Below, one piece after another: positions 10,183 through 22,386 of a DNA stretch of 64,000 bases (positions are counted from its first letter, which is position 1; each line of letters starts with the position of its first letter). The notes under the pieces are model-generated. The model did no database searches, was not told where the DNA came from, and saw nothing but the letters and a program-made list of their open reading frames with translations. The stretch comes from Callorhinchus milii (lineage: Eukaryota): assembly GCF_018977255.1 (NCBI RefSeq), contig NW_024704744.1, positions 434,001 to 498,000 of the forward strand. The letters run 5' to 3'. The translations under genes and the position numbers were made by a program.

Positions 10183-12376
10183 TGTGCCATGTGGGAGTTG
10201 CTGGAGGGAAGGCAGAGCCCGGGCGACCACATCTGCCGCAAATGTGTGCACCTGAGGCAGCTCCGGCTCAGAGTGTCAGGGAGTCTGAGCTGGAATCCGA
10301 GGTGCAGACACTGCGCAGCATCAGGGAAGTGAGAGCTTCCCGGATAGTCTGATCCTGGAGCAGTCACTCCCCTGAGGCTCAGGGAATGTATAGATAATAG
10401 CATCAGTCAAGGACAGGATAGGGTGTCCGACAGGCAGGAGGTTAAGGGACCACCAGAGAGAGTGGCAGTGAAGCCTCGGGCTTTAACCTCGGCCGACAGG
10501 TACGAGATCCTTGTAACCAGTGTGGACAGGGAAGCCTGTGAGGAGGAAGGGAAACATCATTCCAATATTAGGGGAAACAAACAGAAAGTTGTAATGATTG
10601 GGGACGAGACTATCAGGCGGACAGACACACTTATCTGCAGCCACAACCAGGAGACCCGAAGGCTCTGTTGCCTTCCTGGGGCCGGGGTGAAGGACGTCTC
10701 GGTGGGGCTGGAGGAGAATCTAGAACATGAGGGCGAGGATCCATTGGTGGTGCTTCACATAGGTACCAATGATATAGGTAGGGTTAGTGGTGATGATTTG
10801 AGGAGGGAGTCCAAGGAGCTAAATTAAAACAAAGAACATCAAAGGTGGTGATATCAGGATTGCTGCCTTTGACGTGTGCAAATTGGTACAGGAATAAGCA
10901 AATTAGAGAGTTAACCGCATGGCTGAGGGAGTGGTGCGGAACACAGGGGTTTCATTTTATGTGCCACTGGCACCAGTATTGGGGGAAAAGGGGTCCATTT
11001 CAAAAAGATGGGCTCCACTTAAGTTGGGCTGGGACAAATGTCCTCGCAAAGCGAATACACAGGGAGGTAAATAAAGCTTTAAACTAGGACAGGGGTGGGG
11101 TACAATTAGAAATAATCGCAAGCCAGCAATATTGAGAAAACTAAAGGTGGTAGAACAGAATAGCGAGAGAGATAAACAGAATAGGTCAAAGAGGGGAAAG
11201 AAGCTCAGTAAAGAAGACGGGGCAGCAGAGAGTAGGGGAAATGGTAAGAAATTAAAATTGCGATATCTGAATGCACAAAGCATTCGGAATAAGATAAATG
11301 AATTAAAGGAACAGATGGATACAAACTGGTATAATCTAGTAGCCATGACTGAGACATGCTCACAGGGAGATCTATGGTGGGAGTTAAATATTCCGGGGTT
11401 TTCAGCTTATAGGAAGGATAGACAATGTGGAAAATGAGGTGGGGGAGTAGTCTTGTTCACAAAGGATGGAATAAAAGGATAGAGAGGAAGGATTTCAAAT
11501 CAGATAACCAGAATGTAGAGACAGTATGGGTCTCTAAGTAACAAGGGGCAGAAAACATCAGTGGGAGTAGTTTATAGACCCCCAAACAGTGATCACAGCA
11601 TAGCGCAGGGTATTAATCAGGACATTAGAGGAGTGTGTAGCAAAGGTAATACAGTATTCGTGGGTGATTTCAATCCTCACATAGATTGGGAAAACCAAAT
11701 CGGCAAAAGTAGGGTAGAGGAGGAGTTTATAGAGTGTATGAGAGAGCTCTCTGGAGCAGTAGCTGAGGAACCGACTCAGGGACAGGCCATCCTTGGCCGC
11801 CTTTTGTGTAACGAAACAGGACAAGTCAGTAATACAGATATTAGGGCACCTCCAGGGCAGAGTGAGCATAACACGATAGAATTTAATATTAAGTTAGACA
11901 GCGATGTAGTCAAATCTGAAGCAAGAGTCTTACATTTAAATAAAGCGGACTTTGTAGGTACGAGGGAAGAATTAGCTAAAATAGACTGGGAATAGATTAA
12001 TGGATTAATGGACCAACAGTGGCAAAGTTTAAAGATGTAGTGCAAAATTCTCAGCGGTCACATATTCCCTTAAGGAATAAGAGTACCACAGGGAAAGCAG
12101 TTAATCCGTGGCTAACCAGAGCAGTTAGAGAAAGTATAAAACTAAAAGAAAAGGCCTATAAAACTGCCAAAAAGAGTAACAAACCTGAGGACTGGGAGTG
12201 TCTTAGGGACCAACAAAGGAAAACCAAGAAGCTCATTAAGAGTGAGAAAATGGATTACGAGGGCAAACTGCTCGGAACATTAAGGCAGATCGTGAGAGTT
12301 TTTATAAATACATCAAGAGGAATAGGCGAGCAAAAGTAAATGTGGGTCCATTACAGGCAGAGACACGAGGAATCAT

Positions 12377-15110
12377 AATCATATATCATAGAATCATAGA
12401 ACCATAGAATGTTCCGGCACAGAAGGAGGCATTCGGCCCATCGAGTCTGTGCGGCTCTTTGACAGAGCGTCACTCTCACTGACCCCAATCACCAGCTTTC
12501 TCCCAATAACCCCACAAACCCGTCTTCCCCGATACCTGTCCAGTTCTCTCTTAAAAGCTGTTATCGAATCGGACTTCACTGCCCTTTCGGGCGGATCATT
12601 CCAAATTCTAACAACTCGCTGAGTGAAAACATTTCTTCTAACCTCCCCTCTGCTTCTTTTGGTGATATCTTCAGACTGTGACCGCGGGTCACAGACACAC
12701 CGACCAACGGAAACAGCTTGTCCCTATCTCGCCTGTCGAAACATTTCATGATCTTGAAGACCTCTATCAGGTCCCCGCGTAACCTTCTCTGCTCTAATGG
12801 GAAAAGTCCTCACTTCTCCCGCCAGTCCTCATAGCTAAGGTTCCCCATTCCTGGTATCATTCTCGTGAATCTCCTCTGCACCCTTTCCAGTGCCTTAATG
12901 TCCTTCCTGAGGTACGGTGTCCAGAACTGGACACAGTACTCCAGCTGAGGCCTAACCAGTGTTCTGTACAGATTAACCATAACCCCTACTCTTATACTCT
13001 ATGCCCTACTAATGAAGCTCAGGACACCAAATGCCCTTTTTACTGCCCTATCTACCTGCCCCACTACCTTTAATGATTCGCTTACTTGAACACCCAGATC
13101 TCTCTGTACGTTCACCCCCTTAAGATTGAGCTCCAAGTCTATATTGCCTCCTATCATTTTTCCTCCCTAAGTGTATCACCTCACACTTATCCACATTGAA
13201 ATCCATCTGCCACATGTCAGCCCATTCCACCATTCTGTGTATGTCTGCCTGCAGTTGGTTACAGTCCTCCTCACTATTTCCTACCCGACCTAACTTGGTA
13301 TCATCTGCAAACTTGGAAATAGTGCTCCCTGTGCCCCAGTCCAGATCATTAATATATATTAGAAAGAGCAGTGGTCCCAATACCGATCCCTGGGGGACAC
13401 CGCTGCACACCTCCTTCCATTGCGAGAAACACCCATTAACCACCACCCTCAGCTTTCTGTCACTCAGTCAGTTCCTAATCCAAACTGCCACTGTCCCTTA
13501 ATACTGTGAGCCTATAATTTTTTTATTAACCCCTTTATGCCGTATTGTGTCAAAAGCCTTTTTAAAATCCATGTAAATAATGTCCACCGCATTTCCCTCA
13601 TCAACCCTCGCAGTCACCTCTTCAAGACTTTCTATTAGATTTGTTCGGCAAGATTTGCCTTTAACAAATCCATGTTGGGGGTCTCTAATTACCTCGTGTT
13701 CCTCTAAGTAGAGATTTATTCTGTCCCGGATTACGGTCTCCAGTAGCTTTCCTATTACCGAGGTTAGGCTGACTGGCCTGTAATTTCCGGGCTTGTCTTT
13801 CCGCCCCTTTTTGTAGAGTGGGGTAACATTAGCCACTCTCCAGTCTCTCGGCATCACTCCGTGTCCAATGATGATTGAAATATAATGGCCAAAGCCTCCG
13901 CTATTTGAACCCGTATCTCCCACAGCAACCTTGGGTGAAACCCATCTGGTCCTGGGGACTTATCAATTTTGAGCCCAGTCAATCTTTTCAGAACTTCCTC
14001 TCTGTCTATAGTAATCTGATCTATGTCCTCTACCCTCTCATCCAATACTGCGGCATTTGGGGCATCCGTTTCCGTTGTGAGGACAGATTCAAAGTACTCG
14101 TTTAGTGCATGAGCCACAATGTGCCCTCTGCCTCCACAACAAGATGGCCGTCATTGCCTTTGATTGGCCCCACCCTACCTTTAACTAACCTTTTTTCCTT
14201 TATGTGCTTGTAAAATATTTTAGGATTCCCCTTTATTTACCCGCTAACCTCTTCTCATGCGATCTTTTAGCGTGTCTGATCACTCTTTTAAGATCTCTCC
14301 TGCATTGTCTATAATGCGCTTTGCTATCCTCAGTGTCTTGCGTCTTCCAATTGTCGTACGCCGTCTTCTTCTTTTTCATCCGAGACAGAATATCCCTGGC
14401 CATCCAGGCTGGCTTGGTTGTCGCACATTTCCCTTTTGTGGGAATATATCTATTGAGACCCTGAGCTATCGTATCTTTGAAGATCTCCCACTGCTCATGA
14501 GTCGTGTTACCTGCTAGTCTTACAGGCAGTCCCCCAACTCCAGGTCCCTCTTTAGCCCATCAAAATTAGCCCTTTTCCAGTCAAGCATTTTCACTCTTGA
14601 CTGTACTTTGTCCCTGTTCATGAATAATCTAAATCTAATAATATTATGGTCACTGTTACCTCGATGCTCCCCTACTGAAACCTGTTCAACCTGACCTATT
14701 TTATTCCCCAGGACTAGATCCAGCAATGCTTCCTTCCTCGTAGGACTGGAGACATACTGCTCAAGAAAATTTTCCTGTGCCCCCTCGCCACTTTAAATTA
14801 GCCCCCCCAGCATTCGATAATCCCTTGGCCAGGAAGCTAACCCCTGCCTTGCCTAGGTGACGCCCATCCACAAGGTAATGATCCCACCTCCCCCAGTAGT
14901 GGTCCCAATTGTCCAGAAAATGGAAACCTTCTTTTCTGGACCATTTTTCCAGCCAGTCTTTCATACGCCTGATCCTTTCATTATGGTGCGCCATTGCCTG
15001 AGGCACAGGGAGTAACCCAGAGATCACCACCTTGGATGTTCTTGCCTTGAGTTTGTTCCCCAAATTTTGATACTCGCCCTGGAGTTTCTCAGCCCTCTTC
15101 TTTCCAATAT
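12377..15110 (-). mobile_element. CR1 LINE B, 5'-truncated in ORF1 and internally deleted, inserted into CR1 A (mirror ~26478-29215, +)
   Basis: [36 protein letters not shown], (TCTATGAT)n-like tail. CR1 A reads ..GII|MEDKDMAESLNKYF across the insertion, with a probable ATAAT duplication. Confidence 0.9.
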
Positions 15111-15115
15111 CTTCG

Positions 15116-16075
15116 TTTCAATAATGGAGGATAAGGATATGGCAGAGTCCCTAAATAAATACTTTGCTTCTGTCTTCACGTTAGGAGACACAAGAAGTTT
15201 ACCAGAAATAGAGATGAACCAAAGGGCTAATGATAGGGGCAACTCAGGGAAATTTACATTAGCAAAGAAATGGTGTGAGGGAAATTGTTGGCACTACAAA
15301 GTGACAAGTCCCCTGGACCTGATGGTCTGCATCCTAATGTTTTAAACGAGGTAACTCATGAGATGATGGAGGCCTTGTGTCTGATCTTCCAAAATTCTTT
15401 GGATTCTGGAACGGTTCCCATTGATTGGAAGATGGAATGATAGTAGAATTGACACAATACTGATGTCAGGATAAACTGGTGAGGGCCTTTCTCACTGGAG
15501 AAAACATGTTTAAGACAAAACTTAATAATGGTGTTTAAACTTATAAAAGGTTTGATAAAGCAGCTTAGATAGGCTGCTCCCGCTTGTTGGGGAGTCTGTA
15601 ACAATAGGACACGGTACAGTGGAAGCCGCTTAAGCCGAACACATCAGGGATACCTGTTTTGTGAATTTAAGAGGTCCAAGGTTGGCCCAAGTTCTCTTAC
15701 CTCTTCCTGCCCAGCAGAGGACAGATTTTAGCACCTTCTCCCTCGGATTTCTGTTCCCAATGGACTGGAAGGGACATCTTAGCAGCGGCTCCTCACTGAT
15801 TGACAGCCTGAATCCACTTGTGAATGGCTGGAGTCCACTGTCAATCAATCTTAATTTGACCCATCGCCATCCTGCAACTGCTCGTGGCTGAATGGAGCTG
15901 CTCGGCACACAGGGGGCAAGTGATTACATTCAGCAGGAACCAGGGTGGCATTTTGTCCGGATTAACCACATTTTTTACAAATTTTGTCCAGTGGCCAGGG
16001 GATCTGAAAGAGAATTTAGGAGGAAGTATTTGATGCAGAGGGTAGTGAAATTGTGGAACTTGCTGCCTGCAGTAG
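15116..16075 (+). mobile_element. Continuation of CR1 A ORF2 (heavily deleted), with a ~370-bp insert (15619-15993) starting TA-CAGTGGAAGCCGCTTAAG, resembling a pogo/Tigger end (mirror ~25517-26472)
   Basis: LNKYFASVFT, SPGPDG-like motif, QRVVKLWNLLP. The DNA-transposon assignment rests on one end only. Confidence 0.6.
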
Positions 16076-17153
16076 GCGTGTGGAGTAAGGAAACTTGCCC
16101 AAGGTTTCACGCTGCCTGGAATTGAGCCCAGGTGTCTCGCTTGCAAGGCCAGTGCTCTAGCGCTGAGCTACAGGACTCAGCTCACAGGCCTCAGCCCACA
16201 GTCCTCCCCCACACTATTGCCTTCACACCACAGCCCCGCCCCATACTATATCCCCCACACCACAATCACTCGCTACACAACAGCCCTCACCCTACTTCCT
16301 GTCCACTCCCTCAGCTCAGCTCCCATGTTCCCTGCACTGCAGAGACCTTCCTGTTTGACTGGTGTCTTTGGTTATCTCCGCACCTCACCCCCGCCTTGCC
16401 CTCCACCACTCTTGATTCCAAACCCCAGCGAGGGTGCAAACACTTGTCTATCTAACAGCTTGGACTGTCCTCCTGACATGAAAGGCATATATATTGTTGT
16501 TCCCCACTCCCACTTCTTAAGTGTCGTTCATAATACCAAGTATATCACTCAACAGAGTCGGTTGCTGTCAACAGTCACAAGATCCTTGCAACACAACATC
16601 AAACTACATATTAAATGAGTGCAATTCTGGCCTCAACCACACTTCCTGTTCACGTCTATGTGTGAAAAATTGTAAATTCTGTAGATAAAACAGCCGGCTC
16701 AGGTAATAGCTCTCTTGCTCTCTGAGTCTGATCTTCAGCATATTTACATGGTTTCAATGTGGTCAAGTGGAGAGCAGAGGCTGAGCTCAGATGTGTGACA
16801 AACTCTCAGCTGTCTAAGCTGAATTTTATGAGTAACATCTTTGTACAGCTGAACATTTATCCTTGTCTTGCGAAGAAGGTACTTCAGCCTGTCTAATCTC
16901 ATCCTTCCAGAACATTCACCTTACCATTTGGCTTTCAAAAAGGAACTAGACATATATGTTAAAAGAAGTTAGCTAACGGGGTGTGGAGAAAGAGTAGATA
17001 AATAGGAGTGAAAGGATTGTTTATAACGGAGGCTGCAAATACACAATGGGCTGTTAATTTCTGTGCTGTTAATTTCATACATACACACATACATACATAC
17101 ACACACACATACGCTCAAACACGCATTCAGACATAATCCCACACACGCTAACC

Positions 17154-17366
17154 NNNNNNNNNNNNNNNNNNNNNNNNNNNNNNNNNNNNNNNNNNNNNNN
17201 NNNNNNNNNNNNNNNNNNNNNNNNNNNNNNNNNNNNNNNNNNNNNNNNNNNNNNNNNNNNNNNNNNNNNNNNNNNNNNNNNNNNNNNNNNNNNNNNNNNN
17301 NNNNNNNNNNNNNNNNNNNNNNNNNNNNNNNNNNNNNNNNNNNNNNNNNNNNNNNNNNNNNNNNNN
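17154..17366. other. Assembly gap (213 N) within a (CA)n-rich tract; mirrored by the gap at 24244-24438 (195 N)
   Basis: N runs with reverse-complementary flanks. Confidence 1.
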
Positions 17367-17489
17367 ACAGATGCACACACATGGCCATCTCTATATAGTC
17401 TGATTTAACAATGAGAACCTCTATGTAGACAAAACGCAGTCACTACACTTTTCAGTGTATCCTGTGATCGAGCGAGACAGAAGAGTGAG

Positions 17490-17819
17490 AATAATAATAA
17501 TAATAATAATCCTTGCATTTGATATAGCGCTTTTCACGTCGGGAGGACGTCCCAAAGCACTTCACAGAACACACTGTAAAGTGAATTGACTGTATATTTG
17601 TGGGCGAACGCGGCAGCCAATGGCGCACAGCAATGTCCCACAAACAGTCGTAGATTGAAAATGACCGATTTATTATTGTTTTTGGTTTTGGAGGGATTAT
17701 TATTAGGCTCTGTGTGGAGTAAGGAAACTTGCCCAAGGTTTGGCCCTGACCCCCCGGGGATTGAACTCAGGTCTCTCACTTGCAAAGCGAGTGCTCTAAC
17801 CACTGAGCTGCAGGACTCC
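17490..17819 (-). mobile_element. tRNA(Ala-like)-derived SINE with partial Deu domain and L2-like tail (mirror 23791-24120, +)
   Basis: A box TAGCTCAGTGG-like, anticodon arm CTCGC-TTTGCAA-GTGAG, B box GAGTTCAATCC, tgtttgtggga..gctgtgcgc.attggctgccgcgtt core, (ATT)n tail. Confidence 0.9.
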
Positions 17820-17941
17820 ACAAATGGCACAAACACAGACACACATAGACACTAACACACAACGACACACACATACATTCACAGTTTAACACACACAAAT
17901 ACACAAACACAAAAACAAACACACACTGAGCTGGGCTGAGA

Positions 17942-17981
<40 letters not shown>

Positions 17982-18101
17982 TTCAGACATAAATCCACAC
18001 ACACAAACCCATTGAGCCGGGCTGACAAACATACAGACACACAAACACATAGACACGCGCACACACACACACACACAAATGAACACGCATTCTGGGTCCT
18101 G

Positions 18102-18410
18102 GGTTAGAGCACTCGCTTTGCAAGTGAGAGACCTGAGTTCAATCCCCGGGGGGTCAGGGCCAAACCTTGGGCAAGTTTCCTTACTCCACACAGAGCCTAA
18201 TAATAACACTCCAAAACCAAAAACAATAATAAATTGGTCATTTTCAATCCACGACTGTTTGTGGGACATTGCTGTGCGCAATTGGCTGCCGCGTTCGCCC
18301 ACAAATATACAGTCAATCCACTTTACAGTACATTCTGTGAAGTGCTTTGAGACATCGAGAAGACATGAAAAGCGCTATATCAAATGCAAGGATTATATTA
18401 TTATAATTCT
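18102..18410 (+). mobile_element. Same SINE family, 5'-clipped (mirror ~23213-23516, -)
   Basis: Same body and tail. Confidence 0.9.
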
Positions 18411-18479
18411 AAAGTACCATAATCCCAGCGCCTTGGGACGTCCTCCCGACATGAAAGACACTTTACAAATGTAATTTTA

Positions 18480-19229
18480 CATTTTTGTATTGCGTATGGT
18501 CGCCAGACTACGGCACTACCTCACCCCTCACGCGGCTGAAACTCTGGTCCACGTCTTTACCACCTCAAGGCCGGACTATGGGAACTCTCTCCCCGTCGGC
18601 CTTCCCGGCCCTCCCTCCACACTGCAGGTCATTCAGAACTCTGCAGCTCGTGTACTGTCCCGCACCAGACACCGCGACCACATCACTCCCACCCTCGCCC
18701 GCGCCCTCACCCTCGCCCTCACCCTCGCCCTCACCCTCGCCCTCACCCTCGCCCTCACTCGCCTCCACTGGCTCTCCATCCCCCAGAGGATCGAATTCAA
18801 GATCCTATTCCTCACCTACAAGGCCATTCACGGCCTCGCTCCCTCCTACCTCTCCGAACTACTATACCCCTACCTACCTGCTCTTACCCTCCGTTCCTCT
18901 GGCTCCGGTCTGCTCCACATCCCCCGCCCCAACCACCCTACCATCGGTGGTCGGGCCTTCAGCCTCTCAGCCCCGAGGCTCTGGAACTCTATCCTCCAGT
19001 GCCTTCGCCGCTTCCTCCCTTTCCTCCTTCAAGGCCGGTCTCAAGACCTTTCTCTTTGACTGTGCCTTCAGCTCCCCTCTCGACTCTCTACCCCTCCTCG
19101 CTCCCTCCCTTCCCTCCCCTCACCCTTTCCCCCCAATGCTTGGGTCCTGACCCAACTGTACAGCGCCTTGGGACGTCCTCCCGACGTGAAAGGCGCTCTA
19201 TAAATGGAATCTTGTTGTTGTTGTTGTTA
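18480..19229 (+). mobile_element. L2 LINE 3' fragment with an internal 12-bp expansion (accctcgccctc)n and (TTG)n tail (mirror ~22387-23135, -)
   Basis: RLRHYLTPHAAETLVH..RLHWL..IEFKIL; tail cagcgccttgggacgtcctcccgacgtgaaaggcgctctataaa. Confidence 0.9.
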
Positions 19230-21100
19230 TGGGGAAGGGCCCTTTCCATTTTGTGGTAAACGGCCTTTGCTTCTTCCCATAGTCTAATACCATAACCAGG
19301 TCCCCAATTGGGTATTCGAATGATCGCACCTGTCGGTCGAAATATTCTTCATCTGATTTTTAGATCGTCCAGTCTGTTCGGCCAAAAACATATTCGTCAA
19401 CCAAATGTTTTCCTCCATTTGTGCATTCCTATTTTCTCCCATTGCCCCATGGATCAATGGCGAGCCATCGGGTACCAATAGATGCCCGGTAGTCACATCA
19501 GTCGGCCAGTTATGGCCTGATAGGATGATAGACCGATGGTAGAGTGTGGAGAGGCTCGTATCACCATCAGACACATGGGTAACATCTGTGCCCATTTTGT
19601 GGGGTGATCTACACAATGTTTTAAAGCAGCATTTTTAGTGTTCGATGTTCCGCTCTACAACCCCTGACGATTGTGGATGGTGAGAGATGTGTAATTTCTG
19701 AGCAATCTCATTTCCTGTAACGCCATAAAAATTCGCCCTGTGAAATGTGGCCCCTGGTCATTATCAACCTGTACTGGGATTCCCCACCTGCAGATCACCG
19801 GTAGATTATAGAAGTTGTAGTCTAATAATAATGAACATTAAACAAATGTAGAATGGAGAAAGTACTGACGGTCATGGGATAGGACACATCTGGTTTGCTC
19901 TGTTTCTGAAGGAGTAACAAGGCAGCTGTGGAAAAGGGCAGAGGATTACCACTTATCAGTAAATAACAACAAGCCCACAGAGGTAACGGTCCAAGGTACC
20001 GGTCGACACAGGATCTCAGCTCAGCAATAAGCCGTTAGATTCTGACAGGCCCCGCATATAGCATAGCAACAAATGAGCAAGTTGGTCAAACTGGAGGACT
20101 TTGGTACCATCCCAGGATACTGATAAGAGATAACCATTCACTTAAAATGAATGCACTAATGATCCAACACAACAAAGTAACGAGCACCAGATACAGCCCT
20201 AAACCGGCTTGTAAAATACACAGTGATTGGATATGGAAACACGGGATGTAATGGCAAGTCAGGCGACTGACTATAAGTAGCCGAAAAAGAGAAGTGGAAA
20301 GCAGTCCGGAACGACGCCAACAGACGGTGATGGAAGATCGAAAGCGTGAATAACTGAAGCAACTAAGAAAGAACCCTGTTCCGGACTCGCAGCACTCGGT
20401 CTAGCGGCGTTGACGATTGACTGCTGAAATAAGTGCGCTTTAATGGTATTTTTGTTTGAATAAACTTGGCTTAACAGATCTTACCTAAACGGAATGCTGG
20501 GTGACATTTTTGATATCTAACACACCTCACACAACAGGATCCGAGCATCTGTTAGCGCCGGTGGGAAATGGCTCAAGCCATTGAGTGAACTTATCAATCA
20601 CCACTAGGCAGGACTTATATCCTCCCTGAACATGTGGGAGTGGACCACTTTCCCAAGATGAAAAGGGGTGATACGTCACTGCAGGGTCTGCGACAAGGGA
20701 CATAGCAGCGTCTGATGCGCCAGAGGTTTACCTTCAGGTGTACAAAACTGGCGTGATGTGTACGTGGGCAGAAGGGTGACCATGTTGACGACGTTCGTGC
20801 TGTTAGTAGGCAGCCAGCTCTACAAATCTGTGCAGAATGGGTGTGGCCACGGTAGGTGTAATGTTTGGAGGGGAATATTATGGCAAACCTGGTGTGGGGG
20901 GTCCCGAAGATGTGGTATGATGACCCATCAATATATACGTCCTGACCCCCTTCCACTGACGACTTCGAGACGGGGTGGTCCGAAAACTGTAGGAGGCGCA
21001 TTGGACACGAATGGGGATCTCCTTGGTACCCCAGCAAATTGGGAAGCAGAGTCGTGTCTTTAGGAGTAATGTCAATGTCACATTCCAACATCAACAACAA
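19230..21100 (-). mobile_element. Decayed class I (gamma/epsilon-like) endogenous retrovirus pol remnant: RT-RNase H tether, RNase H, integrase; interrupted by an LTR-like element
   Basis: Minus-strand motifs TTLLP..HSC, VYIDGSS, HSAQ (RNase H); GYKSCLVVIDKFTQWLEPFPT (integrase first Asp); ICRWGIPVQVDNDQGPHF, HPQSSGVVER and WAQMLPMCLMVIRASPHSTTGLSSYQAITGR (integrase core). Many frameshifts. Confidence 0.85.
19847..20522 (+). mobile_element. Solo-LTR-like element (676 bp), antisense to the ERV integrase it interrupts
   Basis: TG..CA termini (TGTAGAA...ATCTAACA), CCAAT-box complement ATTGG at 20226, TATAAG at 20272, AATAAA at 20459. It separates the two halves of the integrase. No clean target-site duplication found. 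Confidence 0.6.
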
Positions 21101-21123
21101 CCATCAACAACAACCGGACCACC

Positions 21124-21769
21124 CCGTTTAGGTAAGATCTGTTAAGCCAAGTTTATTCAAACAAAAATACCATTAAAACGCACTTATTTCAGCAGTCAAT
21201 CGTCAACGCCGCTAGACCGAGTGCTGCGAGTCCGGAACAGGGTTCTTTCTTAGTTGCTTCAGTTATTCACGCTTTCGATCTTCCATCACCGTCTGTTGGC
21301 GTCGTTCCGGACTGCTTTCCACTTCTCTTTTTCGGCTACTTATAGTCAGTCGCCTGACTTGCCATTACATCCCGTGTTTCCATATCCAATCACTGTGTAT
21401 TTTACAAGCCGGTTTAGGGCTGTATCTGGTGCTCGTTACTTTGTTGTGTTGGATCATTAGTGCATTCATTTTAAGTGAATGGTTATCTCTTATCAGTACC
21501 CTGGGATGGTACCAAAGTCCTCCAGTTTGACCAACTTGCTCATTTGTTGCTATGGTATATGCGGGGCCTGTCAGAATCTAACGACTTATTGCTGAGCTGA
21601 GATCCTGTGTCGACCGGTACCTTGGACCGTTACCTCTGTGGGCTTGTTGTTATTTACTGATAAGTGGTAATCCTCTGCCCTTTTCCACAGCTGCCTTGTT
21701 ACTCCTTCAGAAACAGAGCAAACCAGATGTGTCCTATCCCATGACCGTCAGTACTTTCTCCATTCTACA
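21124..21769 (-). mobile_element. Right-arm copy of the LTR-like element, truncated ~30 bp short of its 3' end by the palindrome junction
   Basis: Reverse complement of 19847-20492 with 4 substitutions. Confidence 0.6.
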
Positions 21770-22386
21770 TTTGTTTAATGTTCATTATTATTAGACTACA
21801 ACTTCTATAATCTACCGGTGATCTGCAGGTGGGGAATCCCAGTACAGGTTGATAATGACCAGGGGCCACATTTCACAGGGTGAATTTTTATGGCGTTACA
21901 GGAAATGAGATTGCTCAGAAATTACACATCTCTCACCATCCACAATCGTCAGGGGTTGTAGAGCGGAACATCGAACACTAAAAATGCTGCTTTAAAACAT
22001 TGTGTAGATCACCACACAAAATGGGCACAGATGTTACCCATGTGTCTGATGGTGATACGAGCCTCTCCACACTCTACTACAGGTCTATCATCCTATCAGG
22101 CCATAACTGGCCGACTGATGTGACTACCGGGCATCTATTGGTACCCGATGGCTCGCCATTGATCCATGGGGCAATGGGAGAAAATAGGAATGCACAAATG
22201 GAGGAAAACATTTGGTTGACGAATATGTTTTTGGCCGAACAGACTGGACGATCTAAAAATCAGATGAAGAATATTTCGACCGACAGGTGCGATCATTCGA
22301 ATACCCAATTGGGACCTGGTTATGGTATTAGACTATGGGAAGAAGCAAAAGCCGTTTACCACAAAATGGAAAGGGCCCTTCCCCAT
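21770..22386 (+). mobile_element. Right-arm copy of the ERV integrase C-terminal half
   Basis: RWGIP..DNDQGPHF, HPQSSGVVER and TGLSSYQAITGR on the + strand. Confidence 0.85.

Larger units (their letters stand above)
7482..12376 (+). mobile_element. CR1 LINE A: repeat-laden 5' region, ORF1 (zinc finger/leucine zipper + SGNH esterase), ORF2 endonuclease; interrupted by CR1 B (mirror ~29216-34306, -)
   Basis: CAMWELL..HICRKC (ORF1 zinc finger), VVLHIGTNDIG, VISGLLP, DGLHL (esterase), YLNAQSIRNK, VYRPP, VGDFN (endonuclease). The 5' boundary is inferred. Confidence 0.85.

Noticed and set aside
21085-21123. Junction caacaacaaccggacc loosely resembles the PacBio SMRTbell adapter (missed-adapter fold-back)
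   Set aside because: The match is poor, a missed adapter would leave no 631-bp spacer, and the arms differ by substitutions and a 3-kb indel. Other artefact types remain possible and are flagged in the findings.
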